Shown here: positions 24,101-28,768 of the stretch, piece by piece
Layout: each line of letters opens with the position of its first letter
Numbering within the stretch: position 1 is the stretch's first letter
Origin: Phoronis australis
Taxonomy: Eukaryota > Animalia > Phoronida
Reading direction: 5' to 3'
Assembly (NCBI GenBank): GCA_002633005.1
Contig: NMRA01000142.1
Coordinates: forward strand, 351,356 to 415,355
Length of the DNA stretch: 64,000 bases
Notes under the pieces: model-generated
Database searches by the model: none
What the model was told of the DNA's origin: nothing
The model's input: only the letters and a program-made list of their open reading frames with translations
Position numbers and translations under genes: made by a program

Positions 24101-25117
24101 TAGGTGAACTGTAGTTTTCTGGACACCCACAGCATTTTTGGCCAGACACATGTAAATTCCTTCTTCGTGTATCGTTTGGTAAAGAGTTGCAGTGCAAATG
24201 ACTCTGGATTTGTCTGCTTCTGGGAAGTCTTCACAAGGTAGCTGCATCCCTGATGGGGAATAAACTGTCAACATTGGTGGTGGATTCCCAACTGAAGCAC
24301 ACTGTATGTTGACCTTTCCTTCTGTTTGCTTGTAGTGCAGCTGGGTTGCACTTGGTTTCCTGCAGACAAGGTGGTGCTGGGTTTTACCATATCTTGCCTT
24401 TGATGCCTTTGTTGAAGGGAAACATCTGACTGTATAAACGTCTATATCACCACAGTAACTGGAATGGGTCTTTTGAACACTGTGTGTTGTTTTGTTGAGA
24501 TGCTTCAACTCGCAGGTACACTCAAGTGGATTGTTGGCAACGGAAATGTCAGACAATTTTGGAAGTGATCGTAAGTTCTTCGGCAAGGTCTTCAGTTGGT
24601 TTCTGTGGAGGCAAATGGAGTGTAGTCCAGTCAGCATATTGAAAGCATCACGTTCGATCTCCCTTATAGCATTGTGCGACAAATTCAAAAACTGAATACT
24701 TTGTGCTGGATGTCCGGCAAACATTCCTGTTCTGATGGTGGTCAGATGGTTGTAGGATAGGTTCAGGTAGACTAAGTTTTCCAAATCATGCAGCCATCTC
24801 AAGTCGATATGATGTATTCTGTTGCTTGATAGATCTAAAGTTTTCAAATGCCTCAGACCTTTGAATGTGTTTTTGAAGACGGCAGGAATTGCATTGCTGT
24901 GCAGGTCAAGAGTTTCTGCATGGGTCAAAGCACGGAAAGCTCCAGCAGTTATTCTGGTAATTCCACAGTTGCCAAAGTGGATGGAACTTGTAGCTAATAA
25001 CTGCCTTGTAGAGTTGAATGTGACCAAACCATTGTAAGGACACCACGCAGCACTCTTCATTATGCAGCCAAGAAGTGTTAGAATTTGCATAACCAGGTTG
25101 CATCGGAGAAGCGACAT
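2..25117 (-). CDS. Giant single-exon LRR-Ig type I membrane protein with a >=7,980-aa acidic repetitive tail (3' end outside window)
   Basis: ATG at 25117, 4 nt after a ttttccag acceptor (exon starts 25121). Translation begins MSLLRCNLVMQILTLLGCIMKSAAWCP (signal peptide-like). LRRs follow (ETLDLHSNAI, KTLDLSSNRI, VYLNLSYNHL, QFLNLSHNAI, SICLHRNQL), then LRRCT NNPLECTCEL, Ig (VNIQCASVGNPPP...EEGIYMCLAKNAVG) and TM VYLVVGIVAGNWLLAIALLIIIYLI. The same frame is still open at positions 2-60 (DKDSEGSVQENNIKIFTE) and at every spot checked. None of the minus-strand ORFs the track lists in 1-25117 is in this frame, as expected if it has no stop. Confidence 0.9.
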   Translation of the reverse strand, partial: MSLLRCNLVMQILTLLGCIMKSAAWCPYNGLVTFNSTRQLLATSSIHFGNCGITRITAGAFRALTHAETLDLHSNAIPAVFKNTFKGLRHLKTLDLSSNRIHHIDLRWLHDLENLVYLNLSYNHLTTIRTGMFAGHPAQSIQFLNLSHNAIREIERDAFNMLTGLHSICLHRNQLKTLPKNLRSLPKLSDISVANNPLECTCELKHLNKTTHSVQKTHSSYCGDIDVYTVRCFPSTKASKARYGKTQHHLVCRKPSATQLHYKQTEGKVNIQCASVGNPPPMLTVYSPSGMQLPCEDFPEADKSRVICTATLYQTIHEEGIYMCLAKNAVGVQKTTVHLRETGKTLSSKIRSRVRRATGPLTANNEVYLVVGIVAGNWLLAIALLIIIYLINKCCCKQKQPREHCCPLCCWHTAHETSLRKPYGTMNNDETDADVTMLTNVDDTPSSQKIEVYSLSETYDNVPSLDVCTPLMTKQEHTVAPNSPLVVQMTSDPHILYIDDSDESQHEVEESMQQTVKMKMKVASSVNNFPQRRNQPLLKPESMKPQPLLLLSEVERSSYYHISHLAGAACVNQLDTGKDNNVQLEDESSERNKSYRFSESEQQAYFDYLQRKSVLLKEDYIRRKSSRKMIREDPVFLHGIKREVAFDNDAFEEQLNTQAFTMTTSTPIQYKTSEKQFSQMYDGDDESTMLLSKKQSKQKPQAIDREQRISMIPMSVLDEERIGNQQRQVQVEDTKQKRPSRTEDLARVKVGKQVIPSQPIQHENAKKMKVVEQHHIRNSYQQVKIRNANVVQTNVVQSKQQLQTIMNQHVYNTDMSPKKHKGDWQQTDDGGVSSTSTTVKYMLEPLHKKHRGHRSLDAIPDIKRPPEVNGDRPRRESDSSLPQATSTQLHKIQLSSQTVPYTKLCWKDKSPLDIKDLSLELEERMVPKGSLGQTTKISQSYEQLITDLEILSKTPTPESENEVSQEPQEEDHEKNSREEAHPTKFETEEAAVDINYSITHDIIQELGPRARNETVRQNNQESDDDNRVRKIGNCQEVMNEQSPLQRTDKETTPVKKLSLESLDKDRSDVVTRKEVSLRFIKVDGVAEQAVDEPHVAAVIITRPTQTLNDLFQILPPERTPAAQLMTTDISDKQLTSNYIDHETVSNRQQPVDRIDNQIITGTDWQEAQDREKLNVTAEDDACVDEPLVVKETKENLHTIAKRRTKYIFDSMQMNERIQTRMHGSEARSTLTSVDSPWKDESRARTMVLTDEKELIQLHFGKNISTTAQETNEAEQKTKNKTMGIRGTSETQDVSVNSKEDLYIQSMQHEIILEEPQINRKGITPTKSTTDDKMQIPSEISVWSTIPSIRLESVNRCDLLPEQGTMLSTVPVLHRPTNDDKSMDKRPMVTETSQAASCLSLQSETDGVPAQTGNATNESIDLGDHELKTQDNVRHENESLAEVWEANHGNDNNGVRLDIETTDEIIYHMTSSDQLREGGSKSAAETSNREDALEHVEVKPSITKETDMKELHEHEMEDSSMEQAIEDEIDTCVIVPGDSIHSQRETVQKVQEPTSTEDTMHDHKQLLEHDHAAQVESTSKSDAPHQFQVDGAAHSFSLQASISDQLPSNQLAESEPESKSINEASSSTGSTEDKKISTPSDNDDKQIPPDAKSYQSVDRSQDQRNRQDFITLHTEHDNLQQTELEHLPLTITEHETIVPEPNKHHLEDEVVQEIFKADSAFLDDKLPFLDTEDSKIKESVAKVSDEASTEADYTELETDNGRKNDLMNSNDLVAQTNRLKKTDESEQACTKLMPDHDKNEGKRENDDGAKQHTGTKVEMKLEEAKTVEDNQDDNDTRYEEQSYVMNETQDRETKDEPELSETIKTETDVEIKQNECLQNNTMYQQRSVTMYNVEEPWYGQAWSITTNKDNNIDTILAEDFDASHNNDTKNDTGSEDADNDESDAIARQIPKVNFKDGENSETTDEDNNANIKHEESLIVTETTDNNDSRLGSSKDIIKKNSDADTCFKESDISAIDTGNVASIKLSSEAKCINDLGEAVGKDDEKDNTHQYGFRNINKAYENSYDKLVEKDNSHENGKYESSEAKPEYTGYDNDTAQEGSEVINKAVDDINYAYISDPIENDQYITCQERSSETNKEKDMGDSHYQDESSHSSHDQNSQELDYDTELGYSNDKEEKTEKDVATKGSDFVRDTQLSMGKDNPAETDAKYEEGLASVKNEYSDHNLHKEKTRTVQNEQETNTMHEEDLDYADAADGRRCAITSEQIDTDMKNYTTADEVLETVSQDHLTTNNLEPPSTSMTQLEKNNSNYEDTLKAIDTKQDNLTKLKENAVTMNVVHLTDNRYELSPKTVDQNQENVQSQNHAEVLVKYDDIDKGQENFNENVARQEESWKTTDKDVEHESMNEESIETQDNHNESHGTFRSSEQSETCDEGTWKDNKTWKIPKSHLKDDLDSNDNVDTVTQTNKKQENDSSSKETSNIASTEAEEDSEKGLKVLYKYEHEAWYHEGSEAVVMEYCDDITQGHLVAVGREDSETIDLKSDKDIVYADDSPLTEKEHEHHSVDVDKVDENASPERGSDLMAHDKTNEDRETMVKDYQIIYRQEDSKAIQEINIKDEEGSMATGQYDGKHCHDEEDSEIADTEKENDTSLKSELVVSDNGNKEAYKEQDIGTKDDEIKAKGNEKDITSKYEEVLAVTHTEDQSDTTKEDKIDGMKTSNENSNWHEGSEPTTICDMNDIQSSEVKGKQDGIDKVGVGSQTSDKYATNDSRCNESSKAIGEIAEDKEEDSDAHIWYEDISKESDVNYSKDMTHEDSEVEAKEGSENTAEEYANIAYADDSQVTERGDQQSTQDEKSDIVPIVDEKIQNVPHSKWLIKDLKKADKVDDDRKTTDKNDPKTTEKYENVIRIKGSSEVTKNKKGDSEKCDFMDEEADVDKSQEDYLNQKVQNHTRNQEDTEIIQEKNENSTSEDDLRTLDKEKTTSRPKEETVSTVKEDNNKTNYEEVSEAEYQVDSIQLEKGSNTIAHDGEKIARYKVGSNIKDENNEDHKTHQEDSDKIYGGEEDITRHEEPIDKENETDDTRCDSGESNENGKQEFPETTNRSNERGTEQGTELINYELIDENEAQKKGLETADNDYENAISQERDSERQDKNNKVSNDSQETNDKDDRTTNEQGLSTHKDSMLEDNDNLDDTVHEDETGVPATQQDKSDTLKYNNDSKTTYETDGCQETINLKEDLDDKNKENVIKDKDDDIQFEETTLWKHKKSLKDKGEDDEIDSTCKEHSVEQRSDKDGDENGLEALALKDNAKSQDNSEHSKINHTRKEQDPEVTDKEIKNYKRSKDTKMMDSDEDASADPTSEEGLGTKLKNVGDDSSENSEDEGNGNTSDIDNRNVNKHEPGTDEEGIWNIASHTTIKGIKTDAELRLNTQRLDKSEIGPGDQDNGNEDEDDISTENDTNEIREEEKPDSSEDKECHIVKDTCVNTTTQEISQDNTNDATNELSGVRETDDVHLTYQDTEGLNKEGITRQETLLETTRTEIQIIGSFANSQQVTLQENNEGKQEDGSKVISKTLSYENISEAINQEVQNEPKFEGAFSTPAKKYDSIDTGTTYEKDQEASETTEKEDMEEINEIVNKEDTTCNYRYEKALEDTTKDGKTSSVNNDKINDNRHENDSQVDNNEGENDAMFSEQTQTTDEKEYSSCLQEEASIDIDTVDNANRQEKSQLGDKSDKNLEETSKTQVDNAVNSTNQEVVHVNDMDEAENEECQESSDFKNDDVDYRQRQSDHVDKDADDSREEDIADRNNDSETQNEEHLETTGTNESKSIEKEESDVKDSNDARYPESSEATEKDGNDDTIDVQGYVTASSHETDKVNDDTRYETDVQSITKDKEKDTSCKKDSEDIKLEDNVNIRSEDNSLENCVHDEVKRVGIHPENNGSKEYSDVTTEDVKLTKDEESSDPVNMSFDQNEARHATGAEAIYKEDRDDTIFHGDSEVNTCREENRTTKQNEFEGKEVYIPQTKDLDLTNKEKNDSITQEGLPVNEDKNAKYGQDKIINEDCQEKDIPTAQSSGAVDKDTRMSNSNEDCSDIKYNRDEDSSGGATNLIEDDEDNSNNTSKKDTSSKSADGDADNVNGLPEIKESYNAQQSLTSNEEIFDKTDQEKDKSLTATENDDPTNMDKHNNMHTIEEDDLEAITLDNVESVTTHHESLDDIDKDKTGNNREEILDFMNQEDKNGINSKECSDAADEDDDVGVMLSNTEKEVVEDNRCVADRADKNDHSYEDKETVVNDDKSVNFQEGSNDNKREFDNISVTKADSEDNEENNDNDSFCTKDSKTFDKEGDKVNQNEEKSASEMDEGGKKDLKHEIDQEATVKENNISDGEGVQAKSDGNDIADPYPEDSHEGSAQDLELCALIYQEDTEATESETSIRSETMSHIQNTTDATNKKQEKYSEVMDKDNEDSVHKIDFTIASEDGDATKSGECSHEMYNDGITSNASIQKIEDGKYSEALCKDKKDNTICQESSLTTDKEAENDTICEEEGTFLKGLEAAVKEDVVNMTVEDLELYATIDQEDLEDTEAEAGTRYKDIDNMSADINNKQEKYPDAMDKDNNTSENIVEATAKDDTAENSELFEKTEAAVIHQDDTTEVEKDSDKNDDEGQKLEALKYSEKQDTDTKEDEKDYTETDDRHEKTDDKKYEIDEMSEKGNETTEKYEAYDVYTYGSEVTGNDTNDECQCESVSEEMDQVGKKDFKPQTDSEDAINGKKDNKDGAGLQAKSDNDEVHPDAEDSYRERDNKVETGKDRIEQKAPCDREDLNTVKDNKLTVVIEDRNTNKNPSYDASDKEENGKSQEDILVNMDKASTGHGSLDEYLEISKTQHGSRSDISSNAMGTVDFSHSEVLVTDANVENRTNMCEENSNTTNSIFDQNIEHGEFSEATRKDNMDDATYQEGLEGTEKEIEHAITADLDSVIYQGNSGEFTAETDARSEMTLNIQNTSADTNDTQHKNLEAMDKDNEDSVHENTVKIANQDEKDVPRTEECSKDIYGDDTTDNTSNQNIEQGKFSEATYIDRKDVPIGEEVSEDTGKGKAIAPSHKEIDSTSQNSVETILKERDTEEHSELFDKIEAIAIHQDDSVETEVGTENSATPTLDIQNTSYDNDKEQQKCKQTSDKNDEKIINEDAKDAPGSDNKSKDKLKYDEQDNRQESSKDSNKDETDSLPTGSQDAEKDCSNETDDRHGKMNAENFETDKMFEDDETTKKYDVDSMHKDGSEIIDNDTTYERQCESASEEMDQVSKKDLKPEKDSEDTVKDKDDIKDGEGLQTRSSDDEADPDTEDIYKEIDNEVGTGKAYDVDQNTSVNTEGMDTVKDDKIATVAEEGNVISPQSSDTSDKGENGNSQEDILVHMDKAKMGGGSMDEYSEVSKPQHGSRSGISSNATGTVDLSHSEVLVTVANVENRTNMCDENSDTTNSLFDQNIEHGEFSEATRKDNMDDATYQEGSEGTEKEIEHAITGDLDSIIYQGNSGEFTAETDARSEMTLNIQNTSADTNDTQHKNLEATDTDNEDSVHENKVKIANQDEKDVPRTEECSKDIYGDDTTDNTSNQNNEQGKFSEATYIDRKDIPIGEEVLEDTGKGKAIAPSYKEIDSTSQNSVDTILKEGGTEEHSEQFDKIEAVAIHQDDSVETEVETDNSAMPTPDIQNTSYDNDKKQQKCKQTSDENDENIINEDAKDAPGSDNKSKDNLQYDEQDNRQEGSKDSNKDETDSMPTGSQDTEKDCNETDDRHGKMNAENFETDKMFEDDETTKKYDVDSMHKDGSEIIDNDTTYERQCESASEEMDQVSKKALKPEKDSEDTVKDKDDIKDGEGLQTRSNDDETDPDTEDVNEEIDNEVETWKAYDVDQNTSVNTEGLDTVKDDKIATVAEEGNVISPQSSDTSDKGENGNSQEDILVHMDKAKMGGGSMDEYLEVTKPQHGSRSDISSSAMGTIDFSNSEVLVTVASVENRTNMCEENSDTTNSIFDQNIEHGEFSEATRKDNMDDATYQESSEGTEKEIEHAITADLDSVIYQGNSGKFTAETDARSEMTLIIQNTSADTNDTQHKNLEAMDKDNEDSVHENNVKIPNQDEKDVPRTEECSKDIYRDDTTDNTSNQNNEQEFSEATYIDRKDVPIGEDVSEDTGKGKAIAPSYKEIDSTSQNSVETILKEGDTEEHSELFDKIEAVAIHQDDSVETEVETDNSAMPTPDIQNTSYDNDKEQQKCKQTSDKNDENIINEDAKDALGNDNKSKDKLQYDEQDNRQESSKDSNKDETDSMPTGSQDTEKDCNETDDRHGKMNAENFETDKMFEEDETTKKYDVDSMHKDGSEIIDNDTTYERQCESASEEMDQVSKKDLKPEKDSEDTVKDKDDIKDGEGLQTRSSDDEADPDTEDIYKEIDNEVETRKAYDVDQNTSGNTQGLDTVKDDKIATVAEEGNVISPQSSDTSDKGENGNSQEDILVHMDKAKMGGGSMDEYSEVSKPQHGSRSGISSNATGTVDFSHSEVLVTVANAENKTKMCEEISDTTNNTFGQNIEHGEFSEATRKEKMDDATYQEDSEDIEKELENAIIADLNTVIYQENSGESQAETDARSEMTDNRNTNGDTNDKQHSNSEDIDKDDEDNAHENNFKIINEEDPRSMECSQDTYKDDKIDNTSHQNAEHEEFSEATCMDRRNVSIGEVSEDTDKGKAIATAYKENDTTCQNNVESNAKEDDTEEHSALFDKIEAATIHQYDSEPTDAETDQSPATAHKMQNTTDDNDKEQQKCKQKLDKDDQNINEDLKDANKSDKSLDNHKDEQDNKQVGSKAFDKDDPDSMPVGSQQTEKDYNETGDRHEKTCVEKYEIDKMPNKDNEAIKNHETDGMHKNGSEVTGNDSNYECLCESASEAMALVGEKDLKPEKDSDDAVKDKGDDNQDGEGLQAKADDDEVHRDTEDSYRETDNEVETGKAHNIKQNTSCNIGDLSTVKDNKMTTVREERNVISQQSSDTTDKEENVNSHEDTLVHMHKASTGDGWMDEYLELSKTHGSRPDISSSAVSKGDFSSSEVLVTVANEDDRANVCEENSVTTNNTSDQNIEHGEFLEVTRKDENEDATCLEGLKDIETEIENATAVDLDDVTYRRNSEESNAETDTRSEMISGNENTTADTNDKQHKKSEAMEKDNEDSVHDNVKFDNQDDKDVSTSVECSQGISRDDNTDNTSNQNIEHGKFSEATYTDRKDVSIGEEFKDTSKEKAIATTDKENDSTCQNTVETATTDNTKEHSELFDKVEAAAIRQEDSEVTEAEADEISEVTPDMQNTTDDNDKEQQKHKQKMDKYDEIINEDDKDDLGSDKSQYKHEDGEQENRQKGSKDSDKDDTDSKPVGSQVTEKDCNEIDERHGKTCTVDLSHSEVLVTVANMDGRDNISLGNSDTTNNTCDQNIEHGEFSEVTRTDKKDVATFQDTEKEIENATTLELDTVIYQEDSGDTEAETVAKSEMMLDIQSTSADTNDQQEKYSEASENSKKDSVHEKNVKIDNEDDKDDPRSIECSQDTYKDDNTSNQNIKHEEISDMPSKDKSDDIISREGPEDTDKESENATIYKSNEIGSLEGLGAVDKEDIIDMTAEDLELHAVDHQEDSEDTEPETSTRSEITLDIHNTRAGTISRQEKHSEDMYKENEDSMHEKNTQTANEDSENTSTSGECSQDKYRDDTTDKIANQNTDHGDHSDATCKDRKEDDIREEVSEDNAKEKAINTSYREIDSTCQNTGETTAKKDDTEGQLELFDKMEAAAICQDDLEASEIDTDRSAMIYDIQNTTDDSEKQKCKEALDTEDDATVNNNNIITEAPRNDDKSLKRHKDDDQEGLKDSGKDDKDSMPVGSQDNKTGNRHEENDSEKVEIEKMSEGDETREPYEADSMHKDGSEVTDNDSDYEHQSESALEGMDEAGKKDSKFAGDPDDNVKDIETDTKNECLHAKSNDDEVHPDTENSYGERDNEVETGKDHTVDQNASCNREDLNTVKDDKIKTVIEERNVISHQNCDTRDKGDGKNQEDILVDMDDGRLDEYQVVFKTQHSSRYDISASAEDTIGFGHNDVLETVANEDVRDNMSAELLDTTNNTFDQNTKHGEFSVVTRNDKKDDATCQKGSEDTDKEIYSATILKLHGVTYQGDSEYIESETSPSSEVISDTQNTNEDTNVKQEKSTDKDNEDSVHEKKFTIASDDGKEAPRDRACSQDTFHDSTNNNASDQNIEDGELPVATLKDKEDGAILQAGSEHTGKEYEKAIIRQEDGIKCKKDLEVPANEEVINKTAEDLELQAVIYRGDTEDTEAEPVTRSEIVLEIQNLSEDTNNEQEKYSVALDKDSEGSVQENNIKIFTE
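23945..24019 (-). other. Transmembrane helix of the giant protein
   Basis: 25 mostly hydrophobic residues VYLVVGIVAGNWLLAIALLIIIYLI followed by NKCCCKQK (basic and Cys stop-transfer). Confidence 0.88.
24020..25117 (-). other. Ectodomain (~366 aa) of the giant protein: signal peptide, ~5-6 LRRs, LRRCT, one Ig-like domain
   Basis: LxxLxLxxNxI repeats, NPxxCxCxL cap, CxxxGNPxP and EGxYxCxAxN Ig motifs read directly from the minus-strand translation. Confidence 0.9.
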
Positions 25118-25448
25118 CTTTCTGGAAAATGAGATTAAATGTGATTTATTCTAGTAACAAATCGCGCTAACTAGAAAGTATTCACCAAGGCATTGCTGCT
25201 CAAAATAAATAAAATTTATCAACTCGCTTTCCTAAGTTCAACTAAAGTCGATTTGCCAAAGCTGAAAAAATGCCACTTAAACTGGGATGAGTGAAAATCT
25301 CAAAGTCTTCGGTTAATTATTCGGTGAAAACTTGTTTTCGGTAAATATAACCAATACATGCCTTAACCATGTTAGCTATTTCAACATTCACTCACAATGT
25401 CAATAGAATTTGCGGAGCGTAATTAACTTAATTATCATTAAAACGTAC

Positions 25449-25560
25449 CGTCCCAAGCCACGAGATGGGATCAACTGTTGCTGTTGTTTGACCTATTTAA
25501 AAGTAGGTCACAGTTCATTGTTATAAACGTAGTCTGTACACATCACGTGCTGCGAGACTG
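25449..25560 (-). other. Possible non-coding first exon / 5' region of the giant LRR gene
   Basis: The coding exon starts at a splice acceptor, so an upstream exon is needed. The nearest plausible minus-strand donor is GACG|GTACGT at ~25448. The upper boundary is a guess. Confidence 0.3.
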
Positions 25561-27229
25561 ATACAAAATCAAATAAGAAATGGATAACAAAAATCAAGTC
25601 GGTGGTTAAAGCATGACATTAGCATGAGATCAAAACAATGAAATGTCAGTTTACGTACTTATTGAATTAAGGAATTTGAGTGAGGATTTATTTCTTTTCA
25701 CAACTTGCTGTGTTCATGACCACAGAGGCGTGAAGCAACTCGTAGCATTAATTTGTTCTCGACGGCCGTATGCATGTAGACGCACAACTCCCTCAGGATC
25801 AAAACTATGTTTTTTCTTTGTTTTCCCCACCACCATTCTATCATAAGTACACCTCGTTGACTCAGTATTATAGTGACTCGGTGAATGAAAGGACTGAGGG
25901 TACATATGAAGCTGCTCTGTACCTGGCCGGAGATTCAATTTTGAGTGACACCCCAGTAACCTTTGACCTCAGATAAGTTGTAAACAAATATCCACGCGTT
26001 TCTCACTACATGGAATATATTTTGTATTTGAAGTTCCCCGAGAATCAAGATAAGGTATTTTGCTAGACACATATGAAATATTGTAAAAATGTCCAATTGT
26101 TGTGAATAAGGTTTGATATATCTTTAAGGCCCCTAAACATTGATTTTGTATACTTCACCTACTTCAAAGAGAGTTTCACTTGCATTTCTGTAACCATCTT
26201 AATAATGTTCTGAGCATCAATAACAAATTTACATCGTTTGGAACATGAAAAAATGACATTTTTTGAAAAAGTGCTACAGACCTTTCTTTTCGAGTAAAAT
26301 TGTCAAGATATATGCTCAAATTTTTTTGGCTTCATTTTTGTTGCTTTGCAATTTTACTCATCAGCATTTTAATAGTTGTAGCTGTAGAAACTCTTAGTTA
26401 ATGGACGATAAATAACTCAAAAATCATTTAAATTAAATTCCTGGCACAAGAATTTCTTTGAGGCAGTGATCCTTGATTAACACAGAGGGGGGGGGGGAGA
26501 ATAACCTGGACTGTGTTTATTCATTGATGGCTTCAAGACTAAGATTTATTGCCCCTTCCTATTTGAAGTTCCTATTGTAATTTTGGCTTGGCCTAATTAC
26601 CACAGCATGGGACCATAGTGAAATTCCTTTCACTTAAGGCCAAACATTTGGTGAGGTAAAACCTGACCTACATTTTGTTTAGAGATGGCAGTCTATCTCA
26701 TTCTAGTCTCACTCTGCAAGTAATAAGGAATTGTTATCATAAGAAAGCATAATTTATCTATAGGATTGCTTCTACCAGCAGGTGTCTGGCAATACATATA
26801 GCACTCACATGGTGCTGAAGATTGTCTATTTAATAGTTCCCAACTGTTCAACATTTGAGTTCTTTTGGTCATCTTGAACTCATTACCAGTAAGCTGAAGA
26901 TACTGGTTGTGTCTGTAGTCATCACAGATGTGTAAGATGGCAGATTCACTACCATAATACAAAACGCATTACACACTTATCATAAATATACATGCATTAT
27001 GTATTAAAGCAATTACAAATTTTTGTTACTCAAAGTGCTGTCCAAACAAAAACAATCCATGACATTCCTTCAAGTATTCAAACACTGACATCTCGTGCTA
27101 CCGTAAAGTCTTTCCATTTCTAATGACAGTATTTTCATTTTTTACATCATTAATCTTAAAAAGCTCCCTCCATTGAACTGAGAAAAAAGAAACGTCCAAC
27201 TCTCTGATGACAGAGTTGGTATCTAAAAG

Positions 27230-27648
27230 ATGTATTTGCATGCTCCTAACTATGCTAATATTTTTTTATAGCAGGAATGGCTAAACGGCTTAACGGCAAT
27301 ACATTTTTTATAAAATCTATGCTTAACAAAGTGCAGTTGTATTCATTGACTTCTTGTAAATGTAAAAACAAAAAAATAGCAGATAGGTGACCTTTGCACT
27401 TATGAAGTACCTCGCAGGCTAACATAGCCCACGTCATGCAGTGTTATTCTGAGCACCACGTCATGATACTTACTGGACATGGTTCAGTGATTTGCTTTCG
27501 CCACAAAACTTGTTCTTAAAAATATTTGGCAATTTTCAGCCTACTTCATATTCATATCATCGCACATCATCGCGATATGCTATGTTTCTAACTAATTTGG
27601 CCAAGCAAACACAGAGATAATGAATTAGCCAGCAAGTTCCACTTTAAT
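27230..27648. repeat. Diverged direct repeat, copy A (~420 bp)
   Basis: atgtatttgcatgctcct...aacaaagtgcagttgtattcattga...aggtgacctttgcact...tacttcatattca...ccaagcaa.cacagagat recurs at 28769-29512. Confidence 0.85.
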
Positions 27649-28048
27649 TTAAATAAGGAAAAACTAAAACAAAAAGTTTTGTCTAAAACCACATCCAGCT
27701 ACAGCAGCCATGTCTTAAATTGGAATTTCCTTTTGCAGAGTTAGAAAATCACATTGCGTGTTAGAATCTCTCCAACTTACGAAAACACTTTAGCCGACAC
27801 GTGAAATAAATTTTATTTTTGATTGATATTTGTTCCATGCATCATGCAGTACTAAACTAAACATTTTCCATGTTCAAGCTCTGTATCACAGCTACCACGA
27901 GACAAAGATTTGAAAATTTGTTGGCATTAACAAAGTTATGTTAGAAGTGATTGAAAAATGAAAACATGTTGATTTATCATTTTTGCATTTTTTTCTGCAA
28001 TTGATGAGATTTTTCTGTGGTTTTTTAATGGGTTGACCTCTTATTCAG

Positions 28049-28061
28049 GCATGAGATGGAT
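28049..28061 (+). CDS. Candidate TERT micro-exon carrying a start codon (MRWI...)
   Basis: ttattcag|gcATGAGATGGAT|gtatgt; ends in phase 2, the phase required by exon 30501. No homology support. Confidence 0.25.
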
Positions 28062-28768
28062 GTATGTAGCATGCCATACCCAGTTTGTTTAATTTCTTGG
28101 TTTCTTTGCTAAAAACGTCTTAAAAAGAGTTTCTTACAAAATAGAGGTACCCAAAGATATTGACATGTGGCACTTTAAATTCTGTTGTTGTTGTGCTTCA
28201 ATTGTGAACAGTGTTAGCATGTCCTGTTAAAAAATTGCTTTGAAATTATCATAATTACTAAATGCAGAAAAAGTGGCTTGTTCTGATGGTCTTGGCTAAT
28301 TAATAATTCAATAAGAAGGCCAAGGAATAGTGTCTTGTCAAGCTCACCTTCGAATTGTTTCTCTGCACCTCTCTCAAACACACCCCACAACTTCAGACTC
28401 TTAGATGCTACTACCTGCGTGCAGGCTGAGTTGTTTTTATAAACAGGTTATTTCTGGTCTGTGCCTTCAAGGAACTTACCCATTCTTGTCTGGGACTGGC
28501 ACTTTGATTGTGTATTTTGCTTGTTATGCAATAGGTGTATGGTAGACTGCTGACCCTCACTAGGAAGACTTTCAAAGGAGTCTTTTAAAGAGCAGTGCCT
28601 GATGTACACATTAAGTGGGACTGACTTGTGTATTAAGCAATAGTTTCATTTTGTATCCCTTGTGTGTGGTAGATATTTGATCTCTCCTCCTTTATCTCCA
28701 AATCTACAATGCTAATGTAAAATTGGACAAGACCACACATGTAATTCTCAAATGCATTCACTATAAAA

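Noticed and set aside
283-25037. Dozens of short Ser-, Phe/Val/Ile- or Leu/His/Cys-rich plus-strand ORFs and Met/Lys/Thr-rich minus-strand ORFs, some resembling membrane proteins
   Set aside because: They are antisense or off-frame shadows of the GAA/GAT/AAA-rich giant frame; their composition tracks their offset modulo 3
26760-27440. TEN-like peptide fragments (CFYQQVSG, FPTVQHLSSF, QIGDL)
   Set aside because: Different frames, wrong order, flanked by stops, and one lies in the duplicated repeat; not distinguishable from chance
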